Assembly: GCA_963845145.1 (NCBI GenBank)
Contig: CAWJQU010000003.1
Span: 192,001-256,000, forward strand
Source of the DNA: an uncultured delta proteobacterium
GTDB taxonomy: Bacteria > Desulfobacterota > Desulfobacteria > Desulfobacterales > QNYZ01
DNA length: 64,000 nucleotides
Direction of reading: 5' to 3'
In this document: positions 21,112 through 29,953 of the stretch, piece by piece
Layout of the letters: each line of letters starts with the position of its first letter
How positions within the stretch are numbered: the stretch's first letter is position 1
Program-made: the position numbers and the translations under genes
Notes under the pieces: generated by a model
Databases searched by the model: none
What the model was told of the DNA's origin: nothing
The model's input: the letters and a program-made list of their open reading frames with translations, nothing else

Positions 21112-23544
21112 CTATCCTTTTATGGATGTACCTTCAGGGTCATAAATGATATCCGTGACCACTTCGGCGGCAACCATCTCTCCAAAGATATCAATCTCCA
21201 CTTTTGTTCCCTTTTTAATCATATCGGAGGGCAGGTAGGCATACCCAATATTTTTTTGGACATGATGCCCGTACCCTGCACTTCGCAGACGGCTGATGAC
21301 TTTACCTGCTTTAATGACCGCCTCTCCACCATACAGGGTCAGATAAGCTTCTTCATCGCCGATCACCAGGGTGCAGAGTCGCCGGGTAATCTCTTCCGTC
21401 TTTGTCCGGGAAAGTGCCTTATTTCCGATAAAATTGCCTTTTCCGAGCTTCACACAAAATCCCAGGCGCGCCTCATAGGGATTATCATGGCCTGTAACAT
21501 CAGTGCCAAAAGCCAAAAAACCTTTTTCTAGTCGCAGAGAATCGATGGCTTTGTAACCACAGGCCGTCATCTGGTATTCTCTACCCGCGTCCCATAAAAG
21601 ATCCCACACAAAAACGGCTTCCCCAGCCGGAATATAGAGCTCCCATCCGAGCTCGCCGACATATGTGGCCCGCTGGGCAAGAACAGGCGTCCCATTGATG
21701 TCGATTTCCTTCGCCGTCATATAAGGAAAGGCGGCATCGGATAGGTCACTTTTGGTAACAGCCTGAAAGACCTTCCTGGAATCCGGCCCCCACATGCCGA
21801 TAACCGCAAATTCATCGGTGACATTCTTGATTTCGATATTCCCATCGGCCTTCTCCTGGTGAAGTCGGAGCCATCCCAGGTCAGATTCTATAAACCCCGA
21901 TCCGGTGACAATGCGGAAATGGGTGTCTCCTAAGCGGGTAACCATCACATCACCTTCAATACCTCCCGTGACGTTGAGAAACTGGGTATAGGTTACCGAA
22001 CCCACTGGTTTATCCATCTCGTTACCGGTTGTCCGTTGAATCAACTTCAGCGCACCGGGTCCTCGGAGATCGATCTTTCCAAAGGAGCTTAAGTCAAAAA
22101 GCCCGACATGCTCACGGACCGCACGGGATTCATGGGCAATGGCGTCAAAAAAAGCAGGCTTAACCCATCCGCCCCATTCACGCTGATCCTCGCCAGCCCG
22201 ACGCCACGGTTTGTTCGTTTCAAAATAGTTAGGACGTTCCCAGCCGTTTTTCTTTCCAAAAACCGCACCTAAGTCCTGGAGGCGATAATGGAGAGGTGTG
22301 ATCCGTTTGGGCCGCATCACCGTATTTTCGTCATGAGGATAAAACGTTCGGTAGTAATATTTATAGCATTCCTTGGCGCATTCAGCAGAGTAGTAGGGAT
22401 CGCGATATTGAGATCCAAAACGCCAGGGACGAAACGCATAGACATCCCATTCCGTTTGCCCTGTCGTAACCCACTCGGCCAGGGTTTTACCAAATCCGCC
22501 ACCGCCACCAAAGCCTTGCATGGAAGAAGCCGCGGCAAACCACAATCCCCTGATACCCGGCCATGGCCCTATGAGTGGCCCGGCATCCGGTGTAAATGCA
22601 TCCGGGTGGGACACCAGCCGAATCATTCCGGACTCCTCGAGAAACGGAAATCGTTTGATGGTATCTTCCAACATGGGCGCAAACCGATCCAGATCATTGG
22701 GAACTTCAGACGATTCATGTTCCCATGGTACACCATCGATCCAGCACGCTTCCGGATTGGTTTCCCAGCCGCCGACCAGATAGCTCCCCCCCTCGGGTCG
22801 CCCATAGACCAGATACTCATAGTCGCGAAATGTGGGGCTCTCTACAGGTATTTCTTGGCCACTGACACGTTCCATGGCGATATGCTGGTGAATGACGGGT
22901 GTACACGGGATGCGCACACCCGCCATCGCGGCAACCTGGGCACACCAGATACCTCCGGCATTTATAACGATCTCACAGCGGATATCTCCCTTTTCTGTTT
23001 TAACGCCTGCTATATCTCCGCTGGGTGATAATGAGATGGCGGTCACCCGCGTTTTGGTAATGATTTTAGCCCCCATGGTGGTCGCAGCCTTGGCCACGGC
23101 ATAAGTTGTCTCATGGGGATCGATATGACCATCCCCAGGCAAAAAGACGGCCCCATGAATATTGTCCGGGCTGGCCCACGGTAAATAATCCAAAGTTTCA
23201 GCAGGGGTCAGGAACCCCACATCGAGCCCGATACCCCGAGCCCGACTCACGTTACGCTGGAGGGTTTTAAGCATTTCCGGGGTTGAAGCGATGTTGACGC
23301 TACCAACTTCACCATAGGTGTTTAACTCTTTATAAAGCGCGGCGCTATATTGTCGCATACGCATAATGGTTGGCGATGTGTTGAATTGCGTGAGCATACC
23401 CGCCGCCTGGCATGTCGCCCCACTGGTAAGTTCCCCTTTTTCGATAAGAACCACATCGGTCCACCCGGCCTTGGCTAAGTGGTAGAGAACGCTACACCCG
23501 GTTATACCGCCACCGATGATAACGACTTGGGCTTGATCTATCAT
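21112..23544 (-). CDS. GcvT-fused FAD-dependent oxidoreductase, dimethylglycine/sarcosine dehydrogenase-like (paralog 2)
   Basis: IIGGGITG, ELTSGATCQAAG, AFTPDAGPLIG, GWERPNYF, TYVGELGWE, SLRLEKG. Confidence 0.92.
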   Translation of the reverse strand: MIDQAQVVIIGGGITGCSVLYHLAKAGWTDVVLIEKGELTSGATCQAAGMLTQFNTSPTIMRMRQYSAALYKELNTYGEVGSVNIASTPEMLKTLQRNVSRARGIGLDVGFLTPAETLDYLPWASPDNIHGAVFLPGDGHIDPHETTYAVAKAATTMGAKIITKTRVTAISLSPSGDIAGVKTEKGDIRCEIVINAGGIWCAQVAAMAGVRIPCTPVIHQHIAMERVSGQEIPVESPTFRDYEYLVYGRPEGGSYLVGGWETNPEACWIDGVPWEHESSEVPNDLDRFAPMLEDTIKRFPFLEESGMIRLVSHPDAFTPDAGPLIGPWPGIRGLWFAAASSMQGFGGGGGFGKTLAEWVTTGQTEWDVYAFRPWRFGSQYRDPYYSAECAKECYKYYYRTFYPHDENTVMRPKRITPLHYRLQDLGAVFGKKNGWERPNYFETNKPWRRAGEDQREWGGWVKPAFFDAIAHESRAVREHVGLFDLSSFGKIDLRGPGALKLIQRTTGNEMDKPVGSVTYTQFLNVTGGIEGDVMVTRLGDTHFRIVTGSGFIESDLGWLRLHQEKADGNIEIKNVTDEFAVIGMWGPDSRKVFQAVTKSDLSDAAFPYMTAKEIDINGTPVLAQRATYVGELGWELYIPAGEAVFVWDLLWDAGREYQMTACGYKAIDSLRLEKGFLAFGTDVTGHDNPYEARLGFCVKLGKGNFIGNKALSRTKTEEITRRLCTLVIGDEEAYLTLYGGEAVIKAGKVISRLRSAGYGHHVQKNIGYAYLPSDMIKKGTKVEIDIFGEMVAAEVVTDIIYDPEGTSIKG

Positions 23545-23606
23545 ATCTTAACTCCTGTATACTGTTGCACTCTGGGAAAAAAACAGCCGACATCGAAAGA
23601 TGGACA

Positions 23607-24254
23607 TCAGCATAAAAGCGTAACCAGTTCATCTTGGGAGTGAATCACATAATCAGGAAACCCCTCTTGGAGTTTCTTCTCGGCGTGCCAACCCCATGTG
23701 ACCGCCACCGTGGTGGCGCCGGCACGTTGACCTTCAAGCATGTCGCCTTTTGTATCGCCCACATAAAATGCTCGTAAATTCGAGTATCGAGACATCACCT
23801 TCTTGATTTTATTTACTTTACTTCTATCTGTCTCCGCACCGATGACACCTTCTACCCCATTGACGGATTCAACCTCTAATGCCCGATGGACAACACGTGA
23901 AAGATTCGACGTGATGATATACACCTTATTTGTTTCAGAAACGGTTTCCAGCGTATCCGCCATGCCGTCAAAGAGTTTTACCTTCTCGATATTTGGCGAC
24001 ACCAAAACCTGAAAGCGTCTCAGGATTTGGTTGATCATTTTGTCACCCAATGCGTAAGCCTTCAAAGATTCGAAAAGATTACCATCGAACAGTCTCATGA
24101 TGTTGGTTTTAGAATCCATTTCGTGAAACCCGCTCTTTTGGCTGGCTTCCAGAAACGCCGTGGTAAAAACCTGATAAGAATCGGCAATGACGCCATCGTA
24201 ATCAAACATGACAAGGTTTTTTGGGATCTGTTGCAATTGCGGTGACCTATTCAA
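23607..24254 (-). CDS. HAD-superfamily phosphatase
   Basis: Motif I FDYDGVIADS, motif II ITSN, motif IV YVGDTKGD, VTWGWH. Confidence 0.9.
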   Translation of the reverse strand: MNRSPQLQQIPKNLVMFDYDGVIADSYQVFTTAFLEASQKSGFHEMDSKTNIMRLFDGNLFESLKAYALGDKMINQILRRFQVLVSPNIEKVKLFDGMADTLETVSETNKVYIITSNLSRVVHRALEVESVNGVEGVIGAETDRSKVNKIKKVMSRYSNLRAFYVGDTKGDMLEGQRAGATTVAVTWGWHAEKKLQEGFPDYVIHSQDELVTLLC

Positions 24255-24274
24255 TAGGATCCGGTTTAATAGGG

Positions 24275-25057
24275 TCAGGCGATGATCACTTCAACATTCA
24301 TTTTGTCAAGGTCTCTTTGGAAATCCGCGGGAACGGGGCGATTGGTGATAAGTACATCCACATGCTTTAAGGGTGCGATGGACAGTTCCGCCACGCGACC
24401 AAATTTGGGGGTGTCCGCCAACACGATTACCTGCCCCCGGGTATGACGGATCATGCTCCGCTCGATAACAGCCATCTCAAGGTCGGCTGTTGTCAGACCG
24501 GCACTGAGACTCAACCCATCTGCCCCTAGAAAAACTTTCGTTGCGTTTATTTGTCGGATCATTTCCATGGTAAGGGGTCCGGAAACCGAATGCGTGACAG
24601 GGTTATACGCGCCTGGAAGAAGTATAAGCTCGGCGGTAGCGTCTCCAATTTCAGTGGTCGTACCAAGGTTATTGGTAAAGATGGTAAAAGGCATACCTAC
24701 CTTTGCAAAGCGGATCATCTGGGCCACGGTGGTTCCTTCACCGATATAAATAGTGTCGTTGGGTTCAATCAGGGACGCGGCACTTTGCGCAATTTTTTCC
24801 TTTTCCGGAAGATTCTCTTTTATGGCGCGATTATACTGAAATTTACCGGCTACACGCTCTTGTCTGGAAACGGCCCCGCCATGGGTCCTCTCGACGAGCC
24901 CCTTTTTTTCTAAAATGTCGAGATCACGGCGGATAGTCATTTCTGAAACGCCAAGCATGTCGCTGAGACGTGTTCCACGAATGGTGAATTCTTCTCTTAA
25001 TATTGCGAGAATCCGCTGTTGTCTCTCGGCAGGTAGTAAAGAATGGTTGTTTTTCAT
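24275..25057 (-). CDS. DeoR/GlpR family transcriptional regulator
   Basis: ERQQRIL...LGVSEMTIRRDLDILE..GLVERTHGGA HTH plus DeoRC sensor domain; start at ATG 25057. Confidence 0.93.
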   Translation of the reverse strand: MKNNHSLLPAERQQRILAILREEFTIRGTRLSDMLGVSEMTIRRDLDILEKKGLVERTHGGAVSRQERVAGKFQYNRAIKENLPEKEKIAQSAASLIEPNDTIYIGEGTTVAQMIRFAKVGMPFTIFTNNLGTTTEIGDATAELILLPGAYNPVTHSVSGPLTMEMIRQINATKVFLGADGLSLSAGLTTADLEMAVIERSMIRHTRGQVIVLADTPKFGRVAELSIAPLKHVDVLITNRPVPADFQRDLDKMNVEVIIA

Positions 25058-25098
25058 GCCAGCCCTCGAAAAATCCACACATTGAATATGATAAGAGC

Positions 25099-25126
25099 AA
25101 TATATAGTGCTTGATAATGTTGTCAA
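25099..25126 (-). promoter_or_regulatory. Putative sigma70 promoter for deoR and the catabolic operon
   Basis: Minus strand TTGACA-16 nt-TATATT about 40 nt upstream of the deoR start. Confidence 0.5.
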
Positions 25127-25275
25127 GTGTTTAATTATATTTTTAAAACGAACACATATCATATTCGTTGCACTATACATTTTTCTCAGCCAAAACTAAA
25201 AAACCAGTGCCTTAATCTATAATTAATTCTTATTTATACTATTATATCGTGTAATAACATATTTTTAAATATGCC

Positions 25276-25304
25276 TTGACTTAAATATACCTGTAATTTA
25301 TAAA
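25276..25304 (+). promoter_or_regulatory. Putative sigma70 promoter for the divergent ABC operon
   Basis: TTGACT-17 nt-TATAAA in a very AT-rich divergent intergenic region. Confidence 0.4.
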
Positions 25305-25535
25305 ATACTGTACTTAATAAATACCGTTCATTATATTTTTATTGTTTTTATATAAACGTATTCGAACATCTATTTTGGTAGATATTTTTCGTTTATCCAA
25401 ACCGTGGATGCAATCAACAGCGCCATGGCGCGCTTAAATAGAGCGTACTTAAATGGGGAAAGGCGGCCAAGCGGACGCAGATATCTGGACGTCCAGTCAA
25501 TTACATTTCATCTTTAGCTAAGGGGGGATTAAAAA

Positions 25536-26528
25536 ATGAAAAAAAAGAGACTATTCTCGGTGATTGTTTTAACGGTGATAACAATGGCATTTTTATTTTC
25601 GACTCAAGCCCTGGCGGCTGATGTATTAAAGGTATACACACATACGGACCCAGACGAAATGGAAAAATGGGTTCCTGCGGCTGAAAAAGCGATTGGAACG
25701 AGGATCGAATGGATCCGCCTCTCTTCCAATGAGTTATGGAGCCGGTTAGAGGCAGAAGCCCCCAACTTCCAAGCCGACCTGATCTGGGGATTCATGAACA
25801 TGCATGCCATGATCGGGGCCATGAAAGATTGGTTTGTGGAATACGATTCGGCCACATGGAAGGATATTCCCGAAGAATTCAAAGATCCGGATGGTCTGTG
25901 GTATGGTTTCAACTACTGGTTCGCCGCAGCCGTGGTCAACACCGACCTTATTAAAAAGAAAAATCTGCCGAAGCCTGTTTCCTGGAAAGACTTAATGAAT
26001 CCTGTCTATAAAGGAGAACTTGTGATGCCAAACCCGGGAACATCGGGTACAGCGTTTTTGTCGGTTTCAGCTATGATGCAGATCTTCGGTGAAGAAGAGG
26101 GCTGGAAAATGCTTGAAGGGATGCACAAAAATACAGCCCAGTACACCAAATCAGGAAGTGCTCCAGCGAAGTTGGTCGCCAGCGGCGAATATGCAGTGGG
26201 GGTCAGTTGGGACCATGCAGTTTTCAGCCGTGTGAGCGAAGGGTTTCATATCGAAGGCATTATCCCTTCCGAAGGGACCGCCTATGATCTCGATTCTGCG
26301 GCCATCCTCAAAGGGTGTAAAAACCTTGAGGCGGCAAAAAAGCTCATCGACTGGATTGGTACCAAGGAAGCCATGGAACTCGTAGGCCAAACCCGATCCA
26401 AAGTGACTCGCCCCGGTATCGAGGGCAAGGTTAAATTTACGCCCAAACTCATTAAATACAATGCTGTCTGGGCCGGTGAAAATAAAAACCGAATCATGAC
26501 TACCTGGAAAGAAAAATTTCAGCAGTAG
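25536..26528 (+). CDS. ABC substrate-binding protein, AfuA/FbpA/2-aminoethylphosphonate-type
   Basis: Signal peptide; PKPVSWKDL, LVMPNPGTSGTA, QYTKSGSAP, PSEGT motifs. Confidence 0.85.
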   Translation: MKKKRLFSVIVLTVITMAFLFSTQALAADVLKVYTHTDPDEMEKWVPAAEKAIGTRIEWIRLSSNELWSRLEAEAPNFQADLIWGFMNMHAMIGAMKDWFVEYDSATWKDIPEEFKDPDGLWYGFNYWFAAAVVNTDLIKKKNLPKPVSWKDLMNPVYKGELVMPNPGTSGTAFLSVSAMMQIFGEEEGWKMLEGMHKNTAQYTKSGSAPAKLVASGEYAVGVSWDHAVFSRVSEGFHIEGIIPSEGTAYDLDSAAILKGCKNLEAAKKLIDWIGTKEAMELVGQTRSKVTRPGIEGKVKFTPKLIKYNAVWAGENKNRIMTTWKEKFQQ

Positions 26529-26564
26529 AGATTGCAGCCCATAAAAGCCTTTTCTTTTGCATCG

Positions 26565-26614
26565 AGCGGCCCCGTAATCAAGATCATGATGTTTTGATCT
26601 TCTACAGGGTCGCT
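26565..26614 (+). other. Stem-loop downstream of the binding-protein gene
   Basis: AGCGGCCC..AAGATCA/TGATCTT..GGGTCGCT imperfect hairpin; typical position for an SBP mRNA-stabilising element. Confidence 0.5.
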
Positions 26615-26782
26615 ACAAAAAACCATTTTCATGTGGCCGACCCTGCAAGGCCAAACCGTGGCTTTCGATCAGATTTCGCATAGGAGGAACAACGAAAACC
26701 CGAACATCAGACAAACACACTGCCCAAAAGTCTTCCGTGTTCACGTGTTAAGAATCGCGCCAAAATTAAATCGGAGAGAAAA

Positions 26783-28732
26783 TTGAGCGAAGTGTTCACG
26801 GATAATTTTCTCACATCCCTATCAAGTGATACCAAGCGATTTTTCCGAAGCCCTGGCCTGGTTGCGGTAACAACCGTTTCCATGTCGCTGATTTTTCTAT
26901 TCATCGTTTTTCCGATCTGGTCGATATTGCAAAACAGTTTCACCGTTAGATACCCGACGGTGATAATTAAGTGCCGGCACACCGTCTCAGACCCAAACCG
27001 GCTTAATCAAAATCTTATCAACCCCATCCTCGGCGTACTGGCCCCCGTAAAAGGGCTTCTCCAGAAACGCGTGGTCATTGAAGATACCCAAAATGTTTCC
27101 ATCATACTTCGGTTTAAAAAAACCTGGGACGACCTAAAGGGCGTTAACGATTCAAAACGAGCCATCGCCACTATTAAAGAGAAAATCGCACCTTATATCG
27201 GCAAGCTGCGATACAAGTTGGGAAAGGAACGAATATACAGCACGGAAACATACCGGGACTTTTTTTCAAATTCACTTTACTGGCACTCTTTAAGAAATAG
27301 CATCGTCCTTGCCGTTGTCTCCACAACCATCATCGTGATAATCGGATTCTGCTTTGCTTATATTGGACTTAGGGGGCCAAAAAGAGCAAGGACACCCCTT
27401 CGGATTCTCGGGCTACTTCCGCTGGTTGCCCCGCCTTTTATTTTTTCACTTTCTTTAATTCTCCTCGGCGGTCGGTCTGGCGTCATCACCCGAATGTCGG
27501 GGTTCGAATTCAACCTCTATGGCTGGCCCGGGGTGATAATCGCTCAAGTGATTACGTTTCTCCCATTGGGGTATCTCATGATCGAAAATGTTTTGAGGTC
27601 CCTGGGAACAAATATGGAAGATGCCGCCGCGGATATGCGTGCCACCGACTATGATATCTTATTCAAAATCACCATCCCTTTGTCTTATCCTGGCCTCTTG
27701 AAGGCGGCGCTGCTCGTGTTTCTTATGTCCATCGCCGATTTCGGCAACCCCATGCTCATCAGTGGTAATGTCCATTTTCTAGCCACGGATGCTTACCTTT
27801 ACTGGGTAAGCGAAAACAACCTGGAGATGGCCGCCGTGTTTTGTGTTTTTCTCATCATTCCCAGCATGATGATGTTCGTTATTCACGAGCTGATTTTGAA
27901 GGGAAAATCATTTACAACCATTGGCGGCAAGCCCCAACACACCGAAGAACGAAAAATACCCGGAAAAATCCTCTACCCGATGCTGGCCATTGTTACGCCG
28001 ATATCGATTCTTATACTATCTTGTTTCGGAATGATTTTCCTCGGTGCGTTTACCAAAATCCTGATGATCGATAATACTTTCACCCTGGCACATTTCAACA
28101 GCCCCAACGGTATCCGGTCCCTATTGACCAGCATTAAATTTGCGCTTTCAGCGGCCTGCATCGCACCACTGTTTGGCGTGACCCTTGCTTACATTTTCGT
28201 CAGAAAAAAAATTCCATTCAAACGAGCACTGGAATTTTTATCTCTGCTGGGATTTGCCGTGCCGGGGACGGTCATGGGCGTGGGATATATTCTTGCCTTC
28301 AACACGCCGCCCATCAAACTGACCGGCACGTTTATCATCATGATTATCAACGAAGCGTTTAGAAACCTTTCGGTCAGCCTGGAAGCAGGAACAAGCAAGC
28401 TCCACCAGATCGATGTTGCCATCGAAGAGGCCGCCGTGGATATGGGTGCAAGCCCGTTTAGAACGTTTACCCAGGTGGTCCTGCCCTTGATCAGCTCTGC
28501 CCTTATCGCGGGGTTCATCTATACGTTTATGGTAGGGATGATCGCAGTCAGCGCGGTTATTTTCCTGATTTCACCAGGAAACAATCTTGCCGCCCTCTAC
28601 ATTTTGGCCATTGCCGAACAGGGGATGCTCGGCATGGCTTGCGCCCTTTCGATTATGTTGATCGCAGTGGTTCTGGCATGCCTGGGAGCATTGAAACTGT
28701 TGGCCCATTTTACCCGCACCGAGGTGTACTAA
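26783..28732 (+). CDS. AfuB/FbpB-type two-module ABC permease with an extra periplasmic insertion
   Basis: Two EAA loops (MEDAAADMRA; IEEAAVDMGAS), SIADFGNP, AVPGTVMG; about 85 extra residues after TM1. Confidence 0.88.
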   Translation: MSEVFTDNFLTSLSSDTKRFFRSPGLVAVTTVSMSLIFLFIVFPIWSILQNSFTVRYPTVIIKCRHTVSDPNRLNQNLINPILGVLAPVKGLLQKRVVIEDTQNVSIILRFKKTWDDLKGVNDSKRAIATIKEKIAPYIGKLRYKLGKERIYSTETYRDFFSNSLYWHSLRNSIVLAVVSTTIIVIIGFCFAYIGLRGPKRARTPLRILGLLPLVAPPFIFSLSLILLGGRSGVITRMSGFEFNLYGWPGVIIAQVITFLPLGYLMIENVLRSLGTNMEDAAADMRATDYDILFKITIPLSYPGLLKAALLVFLMSIADFGNPMLISGNVHFLATDAYLYWVSENNLEMAAVFCVFLIIPSMMMFVIHELILKGKSFTTIGGKPQHTEERKIPGKILYPMLAIVTPISILILSCFGMIFLGAFTKILMIDNTFTLAHFNSPNGIRSLLTSIKFALSAACIAPLFGVTLAYIFVRKKIPFKRALEFLSLLGFAVPGTVMGVGYILAFNTPPIKLTGTFIIMIINEAFRNLSVSLEAGTSKLHQIDVAIEEAAVDMGASPFRTFTQVVLPLISSALIAGFIYTFMVGMIAVSAVIFLISPGNNLAALYILAIAEQGMLGMACALSIMLIAVVLACLGALKLLAHFTRTEVY

Positions 28733-28744
28733 AAGGAACCCGTT

Positions 28745-29872
28745 ATGGACACATCAAGTAGTAAAAATATCCTCGAAGTCATCAATATCTCCAAGTGCTT
28801 TGGAAAGATGACGGCTGTCGACGACGTATCCTTCAAGTTAAAGCGGGGAAAACTTGTAACTTTTGTAGGGCCCAGCGGTTGCGGCAAAACCACTCTCCTT
28901 AGAATCATCAGTGGTTTCACGGAGCCATCCAAAGGAAAAATCTTACTTGATGGGGAAGATATTACGTTTTTGCGTGCCAACGCCAGGGATACCGCCATGG
29001 TTTTCCAAAATTATGCACTCTTCCCCCATATGACGGTTGCCCAGAATGTCGGTTTCGGACTTAAAATTATGAAAAAGCCCAGAGATGAAATACAAAAGGA
29101 AGTGCGCCGACTGCTCGATCTTGTACAATTAGAGGGACTTGGAAAAAGAAAACCGCAGCAACTTTCCGGCGGGCAACAGCAACGGGTGGCCCTGGCCAGA
29201 GCCCTGAGTCTTCATCCCAAAATCCTTTTATTGGATGAACCGCTTTCCAACTTGGACGCCAACTTACGCGTGTTGATGCGCGAAGAGATCCGAAAACTCC
29301 AAAAGAGGCTCAATCTGTCTATTATCTTCGTTACCCATGACCAGGAAGAGGCCATGTCTATCTCCGATATACTCATTGTCATGGATAACGGGGTCGTCAA
29401 ACAGATCGGTTCACCTACAGAAATTTACGAACGTCCGGTGGATGAATTCGTGGCCAACTTTGTGGGCCACATCAATTTTATCAATGGGACCGTTGACAAA
29501 ATATCCGGCAATAGCGTGCTATTCAAAACCGAACATGGCGACCTGATGATCCAAAAGCCCTCTTTCAACATATCACCACAAGATAAATTAAAGGCTGTCG
29601 TCAGGCCTGAATCCATCGATATTGCCCGACCAGGCCACCAGTCAAGTCGCCAGATGGATGGAATTATAAATAAGATTGATGGCCACATAGACAACTGCAT
29701 GTACATTGGTGCAATCATGCGCTACACCATTTTAGCCGGCCAGCAAACAATCTATGTGGATGAAGCCGACCCTCAATACTGCGGGATATTCCAGCCGGGC
29801 GATGACGTGACATTGCTCTTAAAAGAGACCATTCACATGTTGAAAGAAGTTGAAAAAACCCCGTTAAAATAG
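28745..29872 (+). CDS. ABC ATPase (AfuC/PotA-like, TOBE domain)
   Basis: GPSGCGKTT, VFQNYALFPH, LSGGQQQRVALARAL, LDEPLSNLD, VTHDQEEA. Confidence 0.93.
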   Translation: MDTSSSKNILEVINISKCFGKMTAVDDVSFKLKRGKLVTFVGPSGCGKTTLLRIISGFTEPSKGKILLDGEDITFLRANARDTAMVFQNYALFPHMTVAQNVGFGLKIMKKPRDEIQKEVRRLLDLVQLEGLGKRKPQQLSGGQQQRVALARALSLHPKILLLDEPLSNLDANLRVLMREEIRKLQKRLNLSIIFVTHDQEEAMSISDILIVMDNGVVKQIGSPTEIYERPVDEFVANFVGHINFINGTVDKISGNSVLFKTEHGDLMIQKPSFNISPQDKLKAVVRPESIDIARPGHQSSRQMDGIINKIDGHIDNCMYIGAIMRYTILAGQQTIYVDEADPQYCGIFQPGDDVTLLLKETIHMLKEVEKTPLK

Positions 29873-29907
29873 CAAGGTGAGACCTTTTTATGGCATTTGC
29901 CGAGAGG

Positions 29908-29946
29908 TTTGCGTCTTTCCCCGACCTCGCTGGGGAAAGACGCAAA
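29908..29946. terminator. Strong hairpin between convergent genes (probable terminator)
   Basis: TTTGCGTCTTTCCCC-9 nt-GGGGAAAGACGCAAA, perfect 15-bp stem. Confidence 0.7.
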
Positions 29947-29953
29947 GATCAGG

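Noticed and set aside
14897..23028. Long plus-strand ORFs such as 14897-15622 and 22288-23028
   Set aside because: Antisense to well-supported dehydrogenase genes and without recognisable motifs.
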